Source of the DNA: Octopus sinensis
Taxonomy: Eukaryota
Assembly: GCF_006345805.1 (NCBI RefSeq)
Contig: NW_021834338.1
Span: 1-49,806 of the forward strand
Direction: 5' to 3'
Length of the DNA stretch: 49,806 bases
Program-made: the position numbers and the translations under genes
The notes under the pieces: model-generated
What the model was told of the DNA's origin: nothing
The model's input: the letters and a program-made list of their open reading frames with translations, nothing else
The model's database searches: none
Shown here: in pieces, positions 1-12,600 of the stretch
Layout of the letters: every line of letters begins with the position of its first letter
How positions within the stretch are numbered: position 1 is the stretch's first letter

Positions 1-207
1 AAAATACAATTCTTTTACAAGCTTTTTAAAATACCATAGTCCGGCATGTGAAACTTGATATTGAGTAAAGATTCCTTAATCATAGTGTTACGTTACCGGA
101 GGAGGAGATGTCAAAAAAAAAAAAACTCATGATTATCCTGAATCGATTATATTTATATTTCCAAGGTGTAGCAAATGAACAGTTAAAAGAATGAAAATGA
201 CCTGGCT

Positions 208-267
208 AATATTATATATATATATATAATATAATATATAATATATATATATGTAATATATATATAA

Positions 268-316
<49 letters not shown>

Positions 317-338
317 ATTATATATATATATATATATA

Positions 339-373
<35 letters not shown>

Positions 374-400
374 ATATATATATATAAATATATAATATCT
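208..400. repeat. (TA)n microsatellite
   Basis: Near-pure TA dinucleotide run seen directly; explains the spurious YI-repeat ORF 269..472. Confidence 0.97.
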
Positions 401-472
401 GTGTGTGTGTAACGGCTTATACAAGTTTCGGTAAATCATAATATAAGTAGGCACATTCCTATTGATATACAT

Positions 473-692
473 ATTTCTTTACTACCCACAAGGGGCTAAA
501 CACAGAGGGGACAAAGAAGGACAGACAAACGGATTAAGTCGATTACATCGACTCCAGTGCGAAACTGGTACTTAACTTATCGACCCCGAAATGATGAAAG
601 GCAAAGTCGACCTCGGCGGAATTTGAACTCTGAACGTAACGACAGACGAAATACGGCTACGAATTTCGCCCGGCGTGCAAACGTTTCTGCCA
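473..692 (-). mobile_element. tRNA-derived SINE (octopus-type; central domain possibly of the MetaSINE type)
   Basis: Minus strand begins tggcagaaacgt (A-box-like, 692-681) and carries the B-box gagttcaaattc (630-619), followed by gtcgactttgcctttcatcatttcggggtcgataagttaagtaccag. Family assignment is from recall, not from a search. Confidence 0.8.
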
Positions 693-697
693 CCTAA

Positions 698-1060
698 TAT
701 ATATGTATGTATGTATGTAGGTATGTAGGTATGTATGTATGTATGTATCTATGTATGTATGTATGTATGTATGTATATATATTTATATATATACTTATAA
801 ATACATATATATACACACATATATATATATGGGTGTTTGTATAGGTATTTGTGCATGTCTATATATATATACGAGTGTATATAATATATATATATATATA
901 TGCTTATATGTATATATGTTTATAGATGTACATACAAACACATATGTATACATACACGGACACACTCATACACATAGACACTCACATACAAACACCAACA
1001 AATGTATATATGTATGACATATATATTCGTATGCGTGGAAATATATAAATTGTAATATAG
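698..1060. repeat. Compound (TATG)n/(TA)n/(CA)n microsatellite
   Basis: Seen directly. Confidence 0.9.
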
Positions 1061-1431
1061 GCCAGGTTGTGTGTGTGATTTTCTTTGTGATTTATGTATA
1101 AATATATACACACACAGACCTATACCCGTACGTGTGAATATATTCGTGTGTGCTTGTACATATATGTGCCTTTCGAAACAGTGATATATTTTACTGTACA
1201 TAATTGCCAATTTTGTATGGTCAGCACTCCGAAAATCGGAGTCGTTTTGAAATTCATGAAATATTTCCCCGTAGACACTCTTTTAGTTGACGTAATGTGC
1301 AGTGCTAGGCTAGGCGTGAAATACGAACTTAGCTATAGAAATGAAATATATAAAACTGTCAAACAGACAAATAAGACTGGAAGGAAGGTATATAATAACT
1401 GATACCGCCATGTTTGTATCTCTATATTTCA

Positions 1432-1434
1432 ATC

Positions 1435-1528
<94 letters not shown>

Positions 1529-1530
1529 AG
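1432..1530. repeat. (TCTA)n / GATA-type tetranucleotide microsatellite
   Basis: Seen directly. Confidence 0.95.
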
Positions 1531-1647
1531 ACTGCCTGTTTGTCTATCTCTATTTTCCCCTTAATGTATCGGTCTATCTGTCTATCTATCAAACTATCTA
1601 CGTAGAATTTTTTATCTGTGAATGAAATAAATCCAATTACAGGTGTA

Positions 1648-2356
1648 GTATATATACATATATCTATTATATATATATATACATATATACATATAAATAT
1701 ATATATATATACATATAAATATTATATACATATAACAATAAATTATATATTTATATATATATATATACATATATACTTTAAATTATACATATACTATATA
1801 CATATAAATATATATATACATATAAATATATATATCATATATACATATAAATATATATATATTTATACATATATACATATAATTATATAAATAACATATA
1901 AATATATATATACAATATATATATAAATATATATATATATATATCATATAAATATATATATATACATATATACATATAAAATAATATATATACATATATA
2001 CATATAAATATATATATGTACATATATACATATAAATATATATTAATACATATATATACATATAATATATATACACATACATATATACATATATATATAT
2101 ACATACATATATACATATAAAAATTATATACAATATATATATAATATATATACATATAAATATAATACATATATACATATAAATATATATATATACATAT
2201 ATACATATAAATATATATATAACATATATACAATAAAATATTTATGTATATATATAAATATTATCTATATATATATATATATATATATACATATATGCAT
2301 ATAGATATATATATATATATATACAGATTACATATATATATATAATTATATATATA
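1648..2356. repeat. Degenerate (TA)n tract
   Basis: About 700 bp of TA with CA/AA interruptions, abutting LINE copy A. Confidence 0.95.
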
Positions 2357-4500
2357 CATGGAGCATGTAGTAATACTCCAACCAACCAGGGCAGGTAACA
2401 TACTGGATCTCTGCTTCACAAATAATATGGATCTCATCCATAATGTGAAAGTGACACCGACACTACTCTCGGATCACAACATTGTAGAGCTGACCATGTA
2501 CGCACCAAAGGAAAGCGTGGACATGCAGCCTACAAGAAACTCTCAGAATCTTTCCAGCTTGAACTTCCATAAGGCAAACTGGAAACAAATTGAGAAAGAG
2601 ATCCTCAAACAAAACTGGCTTGAATGAATCTCCTCGCCAGACATCGGCATGAAACTTCAACAATTCATGTCTGTAATGCAAGCCATATGCTACAAATGTG
2701 TCCCAGAGAGAAAGGCCACTGTACACAAGAGCAAAATCCCCAGAGAGAGGAACATTTTAATGAGTCGGCGTACAAAAGTTTCAAATCGCCTAAACAAACA
2801 AATTGAAAGCAGTGAAAAGTCTCGCCTGAAAATAAAACTGTTGGAAATTGAAAAATGTCTGCAACTCTCCCATGAAAAAGAAGAGCAGACAAAGAAACCT
2901 GGGCTATAGACAGCATAAAATCTAACCCAGAGCTTTCTACAGGTATGCCAAAGAAACAGATACGGTGCTCTGTAGGGCCACCTCTTTAAAAGGATGGCAC
3001 ACTTACAGGAAATCCAATGAGAGTAAGTGAAATACTAAATGAGTAATTCAAGTGTATTTTCACTCCACCCCTAGGGCATTTTCAAGTCAGCAATCCAACT
3101 GACTTCTTTACCACTGCAGATATAGAATCAGAGGCAGCGATGATTGATTACATCAATATAAAGGATGATGATGAAATAATGCTATAGATGAAATGAAAAA
3201 AAAAAAAAACTCAGCTACTGGCCCCGATGGATTCCCAGCAATCCTTCTAAAAGTAAGTAAGAGAGTCCTAGCAAGACCACTGCAGTTCCTCTTTCAGAGC
3301 TTGGAATGAGATGTCACAAACTGCGTGATCTTGGTATAGTTGGGAAATTTGGAAAATGGCTACATGACTTTCTGAAGGATAGAAGTCAGGTGGTAGTGGC
3401 CAATGTGGCAACTTCCATTAACACACAAATGGTGAGCGGTGTTCCGCAATGCACTGTTTTGGGAACACTACTCTTCATAATGGCCCTCTCAGACATGCCC
3501 TCAGCCACGCAGAGAGCCACGATCACAAGTTATGCAGATGATACAAAAGTTACACAGACACTATGCACCTGCAATGTGAGCTGGACAAAATATACAGGTG
3601 GGCTGAAAAGAATAGCATGCAGTTCAATGCTGAAAAGTTTCAAGCTTTATGCTATCAGCATGCTAAACTAAATGCAATACCCAATAAATACACTGGACCT
3701 GGAGGGATTGCAATCCCAGAGGCACAGTCAGTGCGAGACCTTGGTATTTACACGAGTGATGATGCAACCTTTCATGTGCGTGTTGCTAAATTGTCAATGA
3801 AATATAGACGGCTGATCAGATGTATTCTTAGAACCTTTAGAACAAGAGACCAGGAAACCATGATGGTCCTGTGGCGGACACTTGTTCTAAGCCACTTTGA
3901 CTATTGCTCTCAGCTATGGTCACCATCCAGTGTCAAGTTAATCACAGAACTTGAGGCGATCCGACGAAGCTACACGAAGAAGATAGCCTCTGTGCAGCAT
4001 AAAATCTACTGAGAAAGACTCAAGAGATAAGACTCTATTCCTTAGAGCGTAGGCGAGAAAGATACGTCATAATATACATCTGGAAGATCCTAGAAGGACT
4101 TGTCCCAAACTTTGGCATCGAGAGTTACACGAATGGCAGAACTGGGCGCCACTGCATAGTGCCAAGGACTCCAAATTTGCCATCAAGATGTAGGACAGGT
4201 ACTCTGATAGCCTGGGCTTCCGAGGCCCACAGCTCTTCAATATCCTCCCGAAGAACCTAAGAGACCTGCATGGGTTGGATGCAGATGTCTTTAAAATAAA
4301 ACTGGATCTCTTTTTGTAAGGTGTCCCAGATGAACCAACTTCACGGCAGGAGGTGCAGATGAGGGCAGCTGCATCGAACTCTCTCAAGCACCAAATGGCA
4401 ATTGCTAAAAAGCATTCGTGAAGTCAAATCATGTAGCAACACCAAATGGCGGTGCCCCAGCATGGCCACAGCTTGTGAGCTGAAACTAGATAAAAAAAAA
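2357..4500 (+). mobile_element. CR1-group LINE copy A (5'-truncated; APE C-terminus to 3' tail; internal RT deletion)
   Basis: Peptides [23 protein letters not shown] (APE), LNFHKANWKQI, SGVPQCTVLG..YADDTK (RT), FDYCSQLWSP. Tail ggcggtgccccagcatggccacagc..gctgaaactagat then poly(A). About 335 nt of RT are missing at ~3303 relative to copy B. Multiple stops and frameshifts. Confidence 0.93.
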
Positions 4501-4510
4501 TATATGTATA

Positions 4511-6082
4511 TTTTCATCTATGGCAAGTGTGATATCATCATCTTCAATGTTGACGTACTCAATTTTTGCCTCTTTCATCTATATAACTATATATACATAT
4601 ATTCATCTATGGACCTTATGGATTTCCAACGATCCTTCTCAAATCGAGCAAACGAGCCCTTGCAAAACGTCTACAGCTTCTTTTTCAGAGCTTTATTGCA
4701 AGTGGTAAGCTCCCAGTCAAAATGAAAGAGGGGGTAATATGCCCTATCCATGGGGGAGGTAGCAGAACAGATGCTAAACTTTATAGGCCTATTTCTCTGA
4801 CCTCACACATCAGAAAAGTCATAGAACGAATAGTCCGCAAAAAACTAATCATGTTCCTTGAAGAAAATGACTTGCTGTCTGACACCCAGCATGGATTTCG
4901 ACCAGGTAGAAGCTGCCTAACACAGCTCCTGCAGCACTATGATTGGGTCTTAAAACAGCTACTAAATGGCTCAAATGTGGATGTAATACATCTCGACTTT
5001 GCAAAGGCCTTTGATAAAGTCGACCACGGTATGATCTGTCACAAACTGCGTGGTCTCGCTTAGGCGGTAAAGTTGGAGAGTGGCTGCGTAAATTCCTAAA
5101 AAACAGAAGACAGGCAGTAGTTAGCAATGGAGCCACGTCCAAGGAAACACAAATAACAAGCGGTGTTCCACAGGGCACTGTCTTGGGGGCCACTGCTGTT
5201 CATAGAGGCCCTTTCAGACATGCCTTCAGTTGCTACGATGGCCACCCTTGCTAGCGCTGCAGATGACTCTTTTGTCTCTCACACAATACAAAACCCCGAA
5301 AATGTTGCGCAACAGCAACAGGAGTTGGACCTTGGCATTGACATGTGCAATGATGCATCTTTCCAAGTGCATATCACTAATCTGGTGATAAAACGCAGAC
5401 GGTTAGCTGGATGGATTCTCCGAACTTTCAGAACAAGACAGAAAGAGACGCTGATGGTCCTATGGAAAACATTCGTCCTCAGCCGCTTCGGCTACTGCTC
5501 CCAACAATGGTCACCACACAATATAAAACTAACAGCAGACCACGAAGCAATTCAAATACGCTAACACAAAGAAGATCATCTGAATGCAAAATATCAGCTA
5601 CTGGGAAAGACTGAAAATATTAAACCTCTTCTCCCCAGAGGGAAGTCGGGAGACATATGCGGTGATATACATCTGGAAAATCCTGGAGGATCTTGTCCTA
5701 AACTTTGGCATTGAAAGTTACCCTATCCGCAGAACGGGGCGCCACTGCATGGTGCCAAAGATTCCAACATCACCATTAATATACAGGTCCAGATACTGCA
5801 ACAGCTTGGGTTTCAGAGGACCACTGCTCTTTAACATTCTCCCTAAATGCCTGAGAAACTTACATGGTGTGTATGTGGGTTTCTTTAAAACTAAACTGGA
5901 TCTCTTCTTGTCGGGGGTCCCAGATGAACCTAGATCACGACAGGAGTCACAGATGCGGGCAGCGGCATCGAACTCACTTGTTGACCAAGTGCCATGCATC
6001 AGAGGTGGATTCACATATTAGCGTAACTCACTCATTGGTGGTGCACCAGCATGGCCGCGGCCTTCGATCTAAAACATTTTAA
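4511..6082 (+). mobile_element. CR1-group LINE copy B with inverted 5' segment (4511-4572)
   Basis: YRPISLTSH, QHGFRPGRSCLTQLL, LDFAKAFDKVDH, GVPQGTVLGPLLF, SYWERLK; 3' tail at ~6040-6075. 4511-4572 on the minus strand reads EAKIEYVNIEDDDITLAIDE, the LINE segment just upstream of the plus-strand start. Confidence 0.92.
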
Positions 6083-6092
6083 AGGATTTAAG

Positions 6093-6240
6093 GATATAAT
6101 ATATATATATATTATATATATATATATTATATATATATATATATATATTATATTTATTATATAGAAGGAGCTTCTACAGGACTAGAACTGTTTCATTCAA
6201 GAGAAATATACGTATATTATATATATATATATTATATATA

Positions 6241-6288
<48 letters not shown>

Positions 6289-6585
6289 GTATATATATAT
6301 GTGTATACCTATATATATATATGTATATATATGTATATATATATATGTATATATGTTAATAATATTCTGTAAATATATATAATATATATATGTATATATA
6401 TGGACATATATATGTTTATATATATGTATATATATATATATAATATATATAATATATATATATATATAATATAATATATATATATATATGTAATATATAT
6501 ATGTTATATATATATATGTAAATATATATATATATGTTTATATATGTATATATATGTATATATATTAGCGTATATATATATATGT
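6093..6585. repeat. (TA)n tract with a short unique insert at 6162-6206
   Basis: Seen directly. Confidence 0.95.
6162..6206 (-). mobile_element. Probable Penelope-like element terminal-repeat fragment
   Basis: 45-nt island inside (TA)n; minus strand reads ..ttgaat GAAAC agttcta GTC ctgtagaagctcc, resembling the 3' half of the minimal hammerhead motif found in Penelope pseudo-LTRs. Confidence 0.4.
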
Positions 6586-6984
6586 GTGTATTCTCAATGG
6601 AACTGTTTTGATACATCAAACTAACGGTCACTCTTTGCATATTAGTTTTATGATTTTGTTTATGTTTGTTTATTGCTCAATTCTCATTAGTATTCCTCTA
6701 CAATTATTTTTGATGTTACCCTACTTTTACACTTTCTTCTTCTTCTTCCTCTTCCTCTCCTTTTTCTTCTTCTTCTTCGTCATCATCGCCTCCTCCTCCT
6801 CGTCCTCCTTGTGTTTATTCTTTGTTTTCTTCCGTATAATTGACCGATATTTTTATTACTATTATTGTTACGATCATTATTTTTAATAATATTATTCTTA
6901 TTATTATCATTTTATTGTTACTATTCTCATTATTGTCATCATTATTATTTACTTTCTTATTGTAATTCTTACAGCTATCAATAA

Positions 6985-7025
6985 TAATAATATTATTATT
7001 AATAATAATAATAATAATAATAATG

Positions 7026-7071
<46 letters not shown>

Positions 7072-7085
7072 TAATAATGATAATA
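6985..7085. repeat. (AAT)n microsatellite
   Basis: Seen directly. Confidence 0.95.
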
Positions 7086-7394
7086 ATTTTTTATTCATAA
7101 CATGAATATATTGGCATCTCCTAGGTTATTTCATCACTCACTAATTTCCCTAGCCAATAGAAGAAAAGCATCATCTAACGAAAAACACTAAAAATATAAA
7201 ACATGAAGAATACAACAAACAAAGACAACAAAAAACTGAAGATATATCTGTTTTAAACACGATAGCAACTAAAGATGGCTACAGACACCTTAGGTGGTGT
7301 AAATTAGCCTCGTCGTCGACATTGTTTCTTTTGCCTTTTTAACTATTTTCCTTTTAGTCCAGCCAGTACTTCTGGAAATATGGTTTGCTTAACA

Positions 7395-7484
7395 TAATTA
7401 TATATATATATATAAACACACACATGCATACATATATCACATATATATTATATATATATATATATATATACACGCACATACATG

Positions 7485-7531
<47 letters not shown>

Positions 7532-7833
7532 TATATATATATGGTATATCTCATAAATGCTCCGTTTTATACATATCCTCATACAAACACGAAAATTGAC
7601 GTGCGAACACATACGCGTTATGAAAACACACAGGTATATTAATGTGTATGCCTTTAATTGTGTATACATGTAAATATATATAAATGTGTATGTAAATATA
7701 TATATATATATATATATATATCTAATATATATAATTTATATATATATATACATGCATATGTATATATATTTATATATATATATGTATATATTTATATATA
7801 TATATGTATATATATATGTAAATAATGTATATA

Positions 7834-7881
<48 letters not shown>

Positions 7882-8032
7882 TATATATATCTATGTATAT
7901 ATATATATGTATATATATATATGTATATATGTATATATATATATATATATGTATATATAATATATATATATATATGTGTATGTGTATATATATATATATA
8001 TATATGTAGTATATATATATATATATATATAT

Positions 8033-8072
<40 letters not shown>

Positions 8073-8135
8073 TATATATATTTATTTATATATGCATATA
8101 TACACCTGCATTACATATACATATACGCATATCAA
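7395..8135. repeat. (TA)n/(TATG)n tracts
   Basis: Two TA-rich blocks (7395-7540, 7670-8135) separated by CA/TG-rich low-complexity DNA. Confidence 0.9.
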
Positions 8136-8635
8136 AATTGATATTCCTCGGATATATTCTTTAAACAGGTGTTGCTGATGTTGACGCAGCTACGTTGTTT
8201 TTAGTTTTTTGTTTTATTTTTTTGTTATTGTTGATAATTTGTTATCGTATTTCCATAAGTTCTTTGAATACTGCTCTTTTGTATTATTACGGATGTTATC
8301 CAACACGATCTTATAGCTTCACCACACGAGAAGACACTTACACACACACACACACACTATTATATATATATGAACATATACATAAGATGTATGTATTTGC
8401 GTTTGTAGAAAAGTTGTTCAGACTTAAAATATTCAAATTTTGATGTTTATAGTTCGAAGTAAGTAAGTATGTACGTTTCATATATAATACTGATAATTTT
8501 TTAGAAATAATTCTTCTGATATTCTAATTCTGAATATACAAACATATCACTGTCGTTCATACATCGTCACGTATCTACACACATCACACACTTGCAGGAC
8601 TATACACACACCACATACACACGCATAGTCACAAA

Positions 8636-8930
8636 CATATATATATATTTATATTGATGTATATATATATATGTATATATATATATATGTATGTATATAT
8701 ATATATACATATAAATATATATATATCAATATATATAAATATATGTAAATATATACATATTATATATATATGTAACTATATATACATAAATATATATAAA
8801 TATATGCATATAAATATATATAAATATATGCATATAAACATATATATATATGTAAATATATACATATAAAATATATTATATACATATAAATATACATATA
8901 TATATACATATAAATATATATATATATATA

Positions 8931-8961
<31 letters not shown>

Positions 8962-8968
8962 TATATAT
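8636..8968. repeat. Degenerate (TA)n tract at the 3' end of LINE copy C
   Basis: Seen directly. Confidence 0.93.
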
Positions 8969-11700
8969 TTTTTTTCTATTTTCAGCTCAGAGCTGCGGCC
9001 ATGCTGATGCACCGCCGTTTTGTTCTACACTCTTATTACGACGAATATCGTCTAATATGTGGCACTTGGTGAAGAATGGAGTTTGATATAGCTACTCTCA
9101 TTTGCACCTCTTGCCGTGAGGTAGGTTCATCTGGGGCTCTTGACAGGAAGATGTCCAGCTTTGATTTAAAAACCACTACATCTACTTTGTGCAAGTTCCT
9201 CAGACTCTTTGTGAGGATATTAAAAAGCTGTGCGCCCTTGAAACTCAGGCTGTAGCAGAAGCTGGTCCTGAAGCGTGATGGCATTTCTGGGATCTTTGGC
9301 ACTATGCAGTGTCGTCCCGTTCTAGCATTGGTGTAGCTTACAATGTTAAAATTTGGCACACTTCCTTCCAGGATCTTCCAGACATATATTACTGCATAAC
9401 TCTCCCGTCTTCACTCCAGGGAGTAGAGACTTAGCTGTTTCAAACTTTCCCATTAGCTGAGCAGTTGCAAAGAGACGATCTTCTTTGTGAATCTTCTCTG
9501 GATTTCTTCACGGTTCGCTGTTAATTTTACACTGGTGGGTGACCATAGCTGTGAGCAGTAATCCAGGCGGCTGAGGACGAATGTCCGCCAGAGGACCATC
9601 ATGGTTTCCTTATCTCTGGTTCTGAATGTTCTTAGGATCCACCCAGCCAGTTATCTGCACTTTGTCGCCATCCTGGTAATGTGCACTTGGAAAGAGGTAT
9701 CATCACTCATGACGATATAGGTCCCTCACAGAATTAGGCTCTGGGATTGAAATTCCCTGTGGACCGGTGTATCCTGTAAGTTTAATATTCAGTTTTGGAT
9801 GTTGGTAGCGCAGGGTATGGAATTTTTCAGCATTAAACTGCATATTATTATCCTCAGCCCATCTGTAGATTGTATCCAACTCCTGATGCATGTGTGCAAC
9901 ATCGCCGGGGTTCTGTATTTTCTGCAAGACTTTCGTATCGTCTGCATAGCTGGCCAGAGAGGCTATTCGGGCATTTGAGGGCATATCTGAGAGGGCCACT
10001 ATAAAAAGCAGTGGTCCCAAGACAGTGCCCTGTGGAACACCGCTCACTATTTGTGTGTTCATAGAGGTGGCTCCATTAACCACTACTGCCTGACTCCTAT
10101 ATTTCAGGAAGTCATGCAACCACACTCCAAGTTTTCCGCCTATGCCGAGGTCCGCAGTTTGTGGCATATCATACCGTGAACCACCTTGTCATAGTCTTTT
10201 GCAAAATCAAGGTAGATTACGTCCACATTTGATTTGTTGAGTAACTGTCTCAACACCCAGTCATAATGCTGTAAGAGCTGGGTCAGGCAGCTCCTACCTG
10301 GTCGAAAACCATGCTGGGTATCACTCAGCACGTTATTTTCCTCAAGGAATGCGATTAGTTTCTTTCTAATTATCCTTTCCATGACTTTGCTGAGGTGTGA
10401 AGTCAGAGAGATAGGCCTATAGTTTTTGGCATCGGCTCTACTTCCCACTTTATGTATTGGGCATATTATTCCCTCCTTCAGGTTGCTTGGCAGTTTGCCA
10501 TTGCAAGAAAGCTCTGGAAGAGAATCTTGGGGAGTTTTGCCAGGGCATGCTTACACGCTTTGAGGAGGATGGCTGGGAAAGCATCTGGAGAAGCAGTTGA
10601 GTTTGTGTCCACTTCATCTATGGCTAGTAGGACATCTTTTTCGCTAATGTCAATACATTGTATTGTAACCGCCTCGCTGGTTATAGGTGAGGCGGCAAAG
10701 AAGTCCACTGGTTCGTTCACTTGTCTGTGTTCCAACGGGGTGGTAAAGACAATTTTGAACTGGTCATTCAGCATCTCACTGATCATAGTTGGACTGTCTG
10801 TGAGGGAGCCGTCCTTTTGGAGGAGGGGTCCTATCTTGTAGTGCACTGAGACTGTTTCTTTCGCGTAATGAAAGAAGGCATTTGGGTTTGATTTAATGTT
10901 TTTTATAACCCAGGCTTCTTTGTCTGCTTTCTCCTTCACATAGGATTGTTGCAGCCTTTTTTCCATCTCCATCAGTGTTGTTTTTAGGCGGACGTTTCGC
11001 TACTTTTGGGATGTTGGTTGAGACGATTTGCAACCTTCGTCCGTCGTCTCATGAGAATCTTCCTGTCTCTTGGAATCTTGCTCCTATTTGTTTTGGCCTT
11101 GTGCTCTGGGACATATTTCTGGCATACGGCTTGCACAGAAGACATGAAGCATTCTAGTTTCATGTCAACGTCTGGTGTGGAGAGACATTCCAGCCAGTCC
11201 TCTCTGAGGCTCTCTTTTTGGATCGATTTCCAATCTGCTTTGTGGAAGTTCAGATTGTATAGATTTGGGGTGCTTCCTTTAGGCTGTATGTCTCTGGTTA
11301 CTTTTGGCCCAAACATAGACAGCTCTATTATGTTGTGATCCGAAACTGATGTCGGTGTCACTTTCACATCATGAATGATGTCCATATTGTTTGTGAAGCA
11401 GAGATCCAGAATGTTATTCGCCCTAGTTGGCTTAAGTACAACTTGCTCCATGAATAAGGCATTGGTGAGGTTGAGCAGGGACTCCACCTGTACTTACTTG
11501 CAATGATTCATTCCTGAGAGTATGTGACCTTCGGGCCATTTGACGTTGGGGAAGTTGAAATCACCCATAAGAAATATGGTCACGTGGTGTTCCAGATTCA
11601 TGAGGATTTCTTTAATTCTTGTGGGGCTATCGTCAAACTTGCCTGTGTGATTTGGGGCATCTGGTGGGCAATGTGTAGCCATAACTTGTAACTTCCGAAG
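8969..11700 (-). mobile_element. CR1-group LINE copy C (most complete ORF2 remnant, ~2.7 kb)
   Basis: Minus-strand peptides in correct order: FLMGDFNFP (APE), PTRANNILDLCF..SDHN, KSNPNAFFHYAK, ASPDAFPAILLK, NYRPISLTSH..QHGFRPGRSC..YLDFAK, SGVPQGTVLGPLLF..YADDTK, RTGRHCIVP; tail ggcggtgcatcagcatggccgcagctctgagctgaaaatag. Broken by stops and frameshifts. Confidence 0.95.
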
Positions 11701-12555
11701 AAATATATTACTGCTTTAATTCTTGAACTACCGCCGATAATCCTATAGTTAATAAGCACACAATAGTAATAATGATTTTAATAATAAAAGAAAATATAAA
11801 TAAAATAATAGATGCACACACACAACTAAAAATGATGTCTATAAATGCACATAATGTTGTAGGCAAGTTGGGCACCAAGGAGTGCGTTTGCATATTTTAG
11901 CTGTAAGATGTGATTAAGTAGATTGGCAAGTAACATTAAACAATATTAATTAGAATATGTAAGATTGGCGGTTAAGTAATTATCTTACGCCAGTAAGCTA
12001 CAAGCAAAATATGAAGAATCTTCTTTAGAAATCGCTCTTTGGAATGCTCCAAAGTAACGGATGAAATATAACTCAAGCTTTTGACACAAACACACAATTA
12101 TGTGTGTGTGTGCGTGTGTGTGTGTGGGTGGGTGTGGTCAGTAACATCCCGTCGATCGATGTCAGTTTATCATCTAACATATACATGTGTAGAATATACA
12201 AAGGGAAAACAGTCGAACGATAATATTTATTAAAACTGATACGAGATACACTTCATCCTATATCAGATTTAATAAAATAATTCAGATGAGGTGACAAACG
12301 TCATAAAATACGAGATTAAGACAACTCTTTACTGCTAAGTATGTAATAAGATAAATAAATGATGGAAAAATAAAGTAATGGATAAATGCAAAGCTTTCCA
12401 GACATTTTCCAGCGCTGAAAAATATCCAATTCACGAGTTTATGATCCCTTCTTGACTTAAGATTTTATTTATAAATTTTTTCTAAGTTTTCTGCTTGTGA
12501 AACTTGCGTAGAACGTAGTACTGTATTTAATCGTTTTCTTCAATTATATGCACAC

Positions 12556-12600
12556 ATACATACATACATACATACATACATACATACATACATACATACA

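Noticed and set aside
601-692. tRNA-like A/B boxes here and at 47400-47455 and 49090-49164
   Set aside because: They continue into SINE bodies and do not form a complete cloverleaf; not called as tRNA genes.
2463-11338. ORFs antisense to LINE copies (e.g. 2463..2726, 4067..4387, 10452..10841, 11006..11338)
   Set aside because: Shadow frames of the LINE ORF2 remnants.
11989-11997. 9-nt minus-strand microexon-like signal (ttgcttgtag|cttactggc|gtaaga); similar 11-nt plus-strand case at 18284-18294
   Set aside because: Too short to distinguish from chance; no supporting evidence in the sequence.
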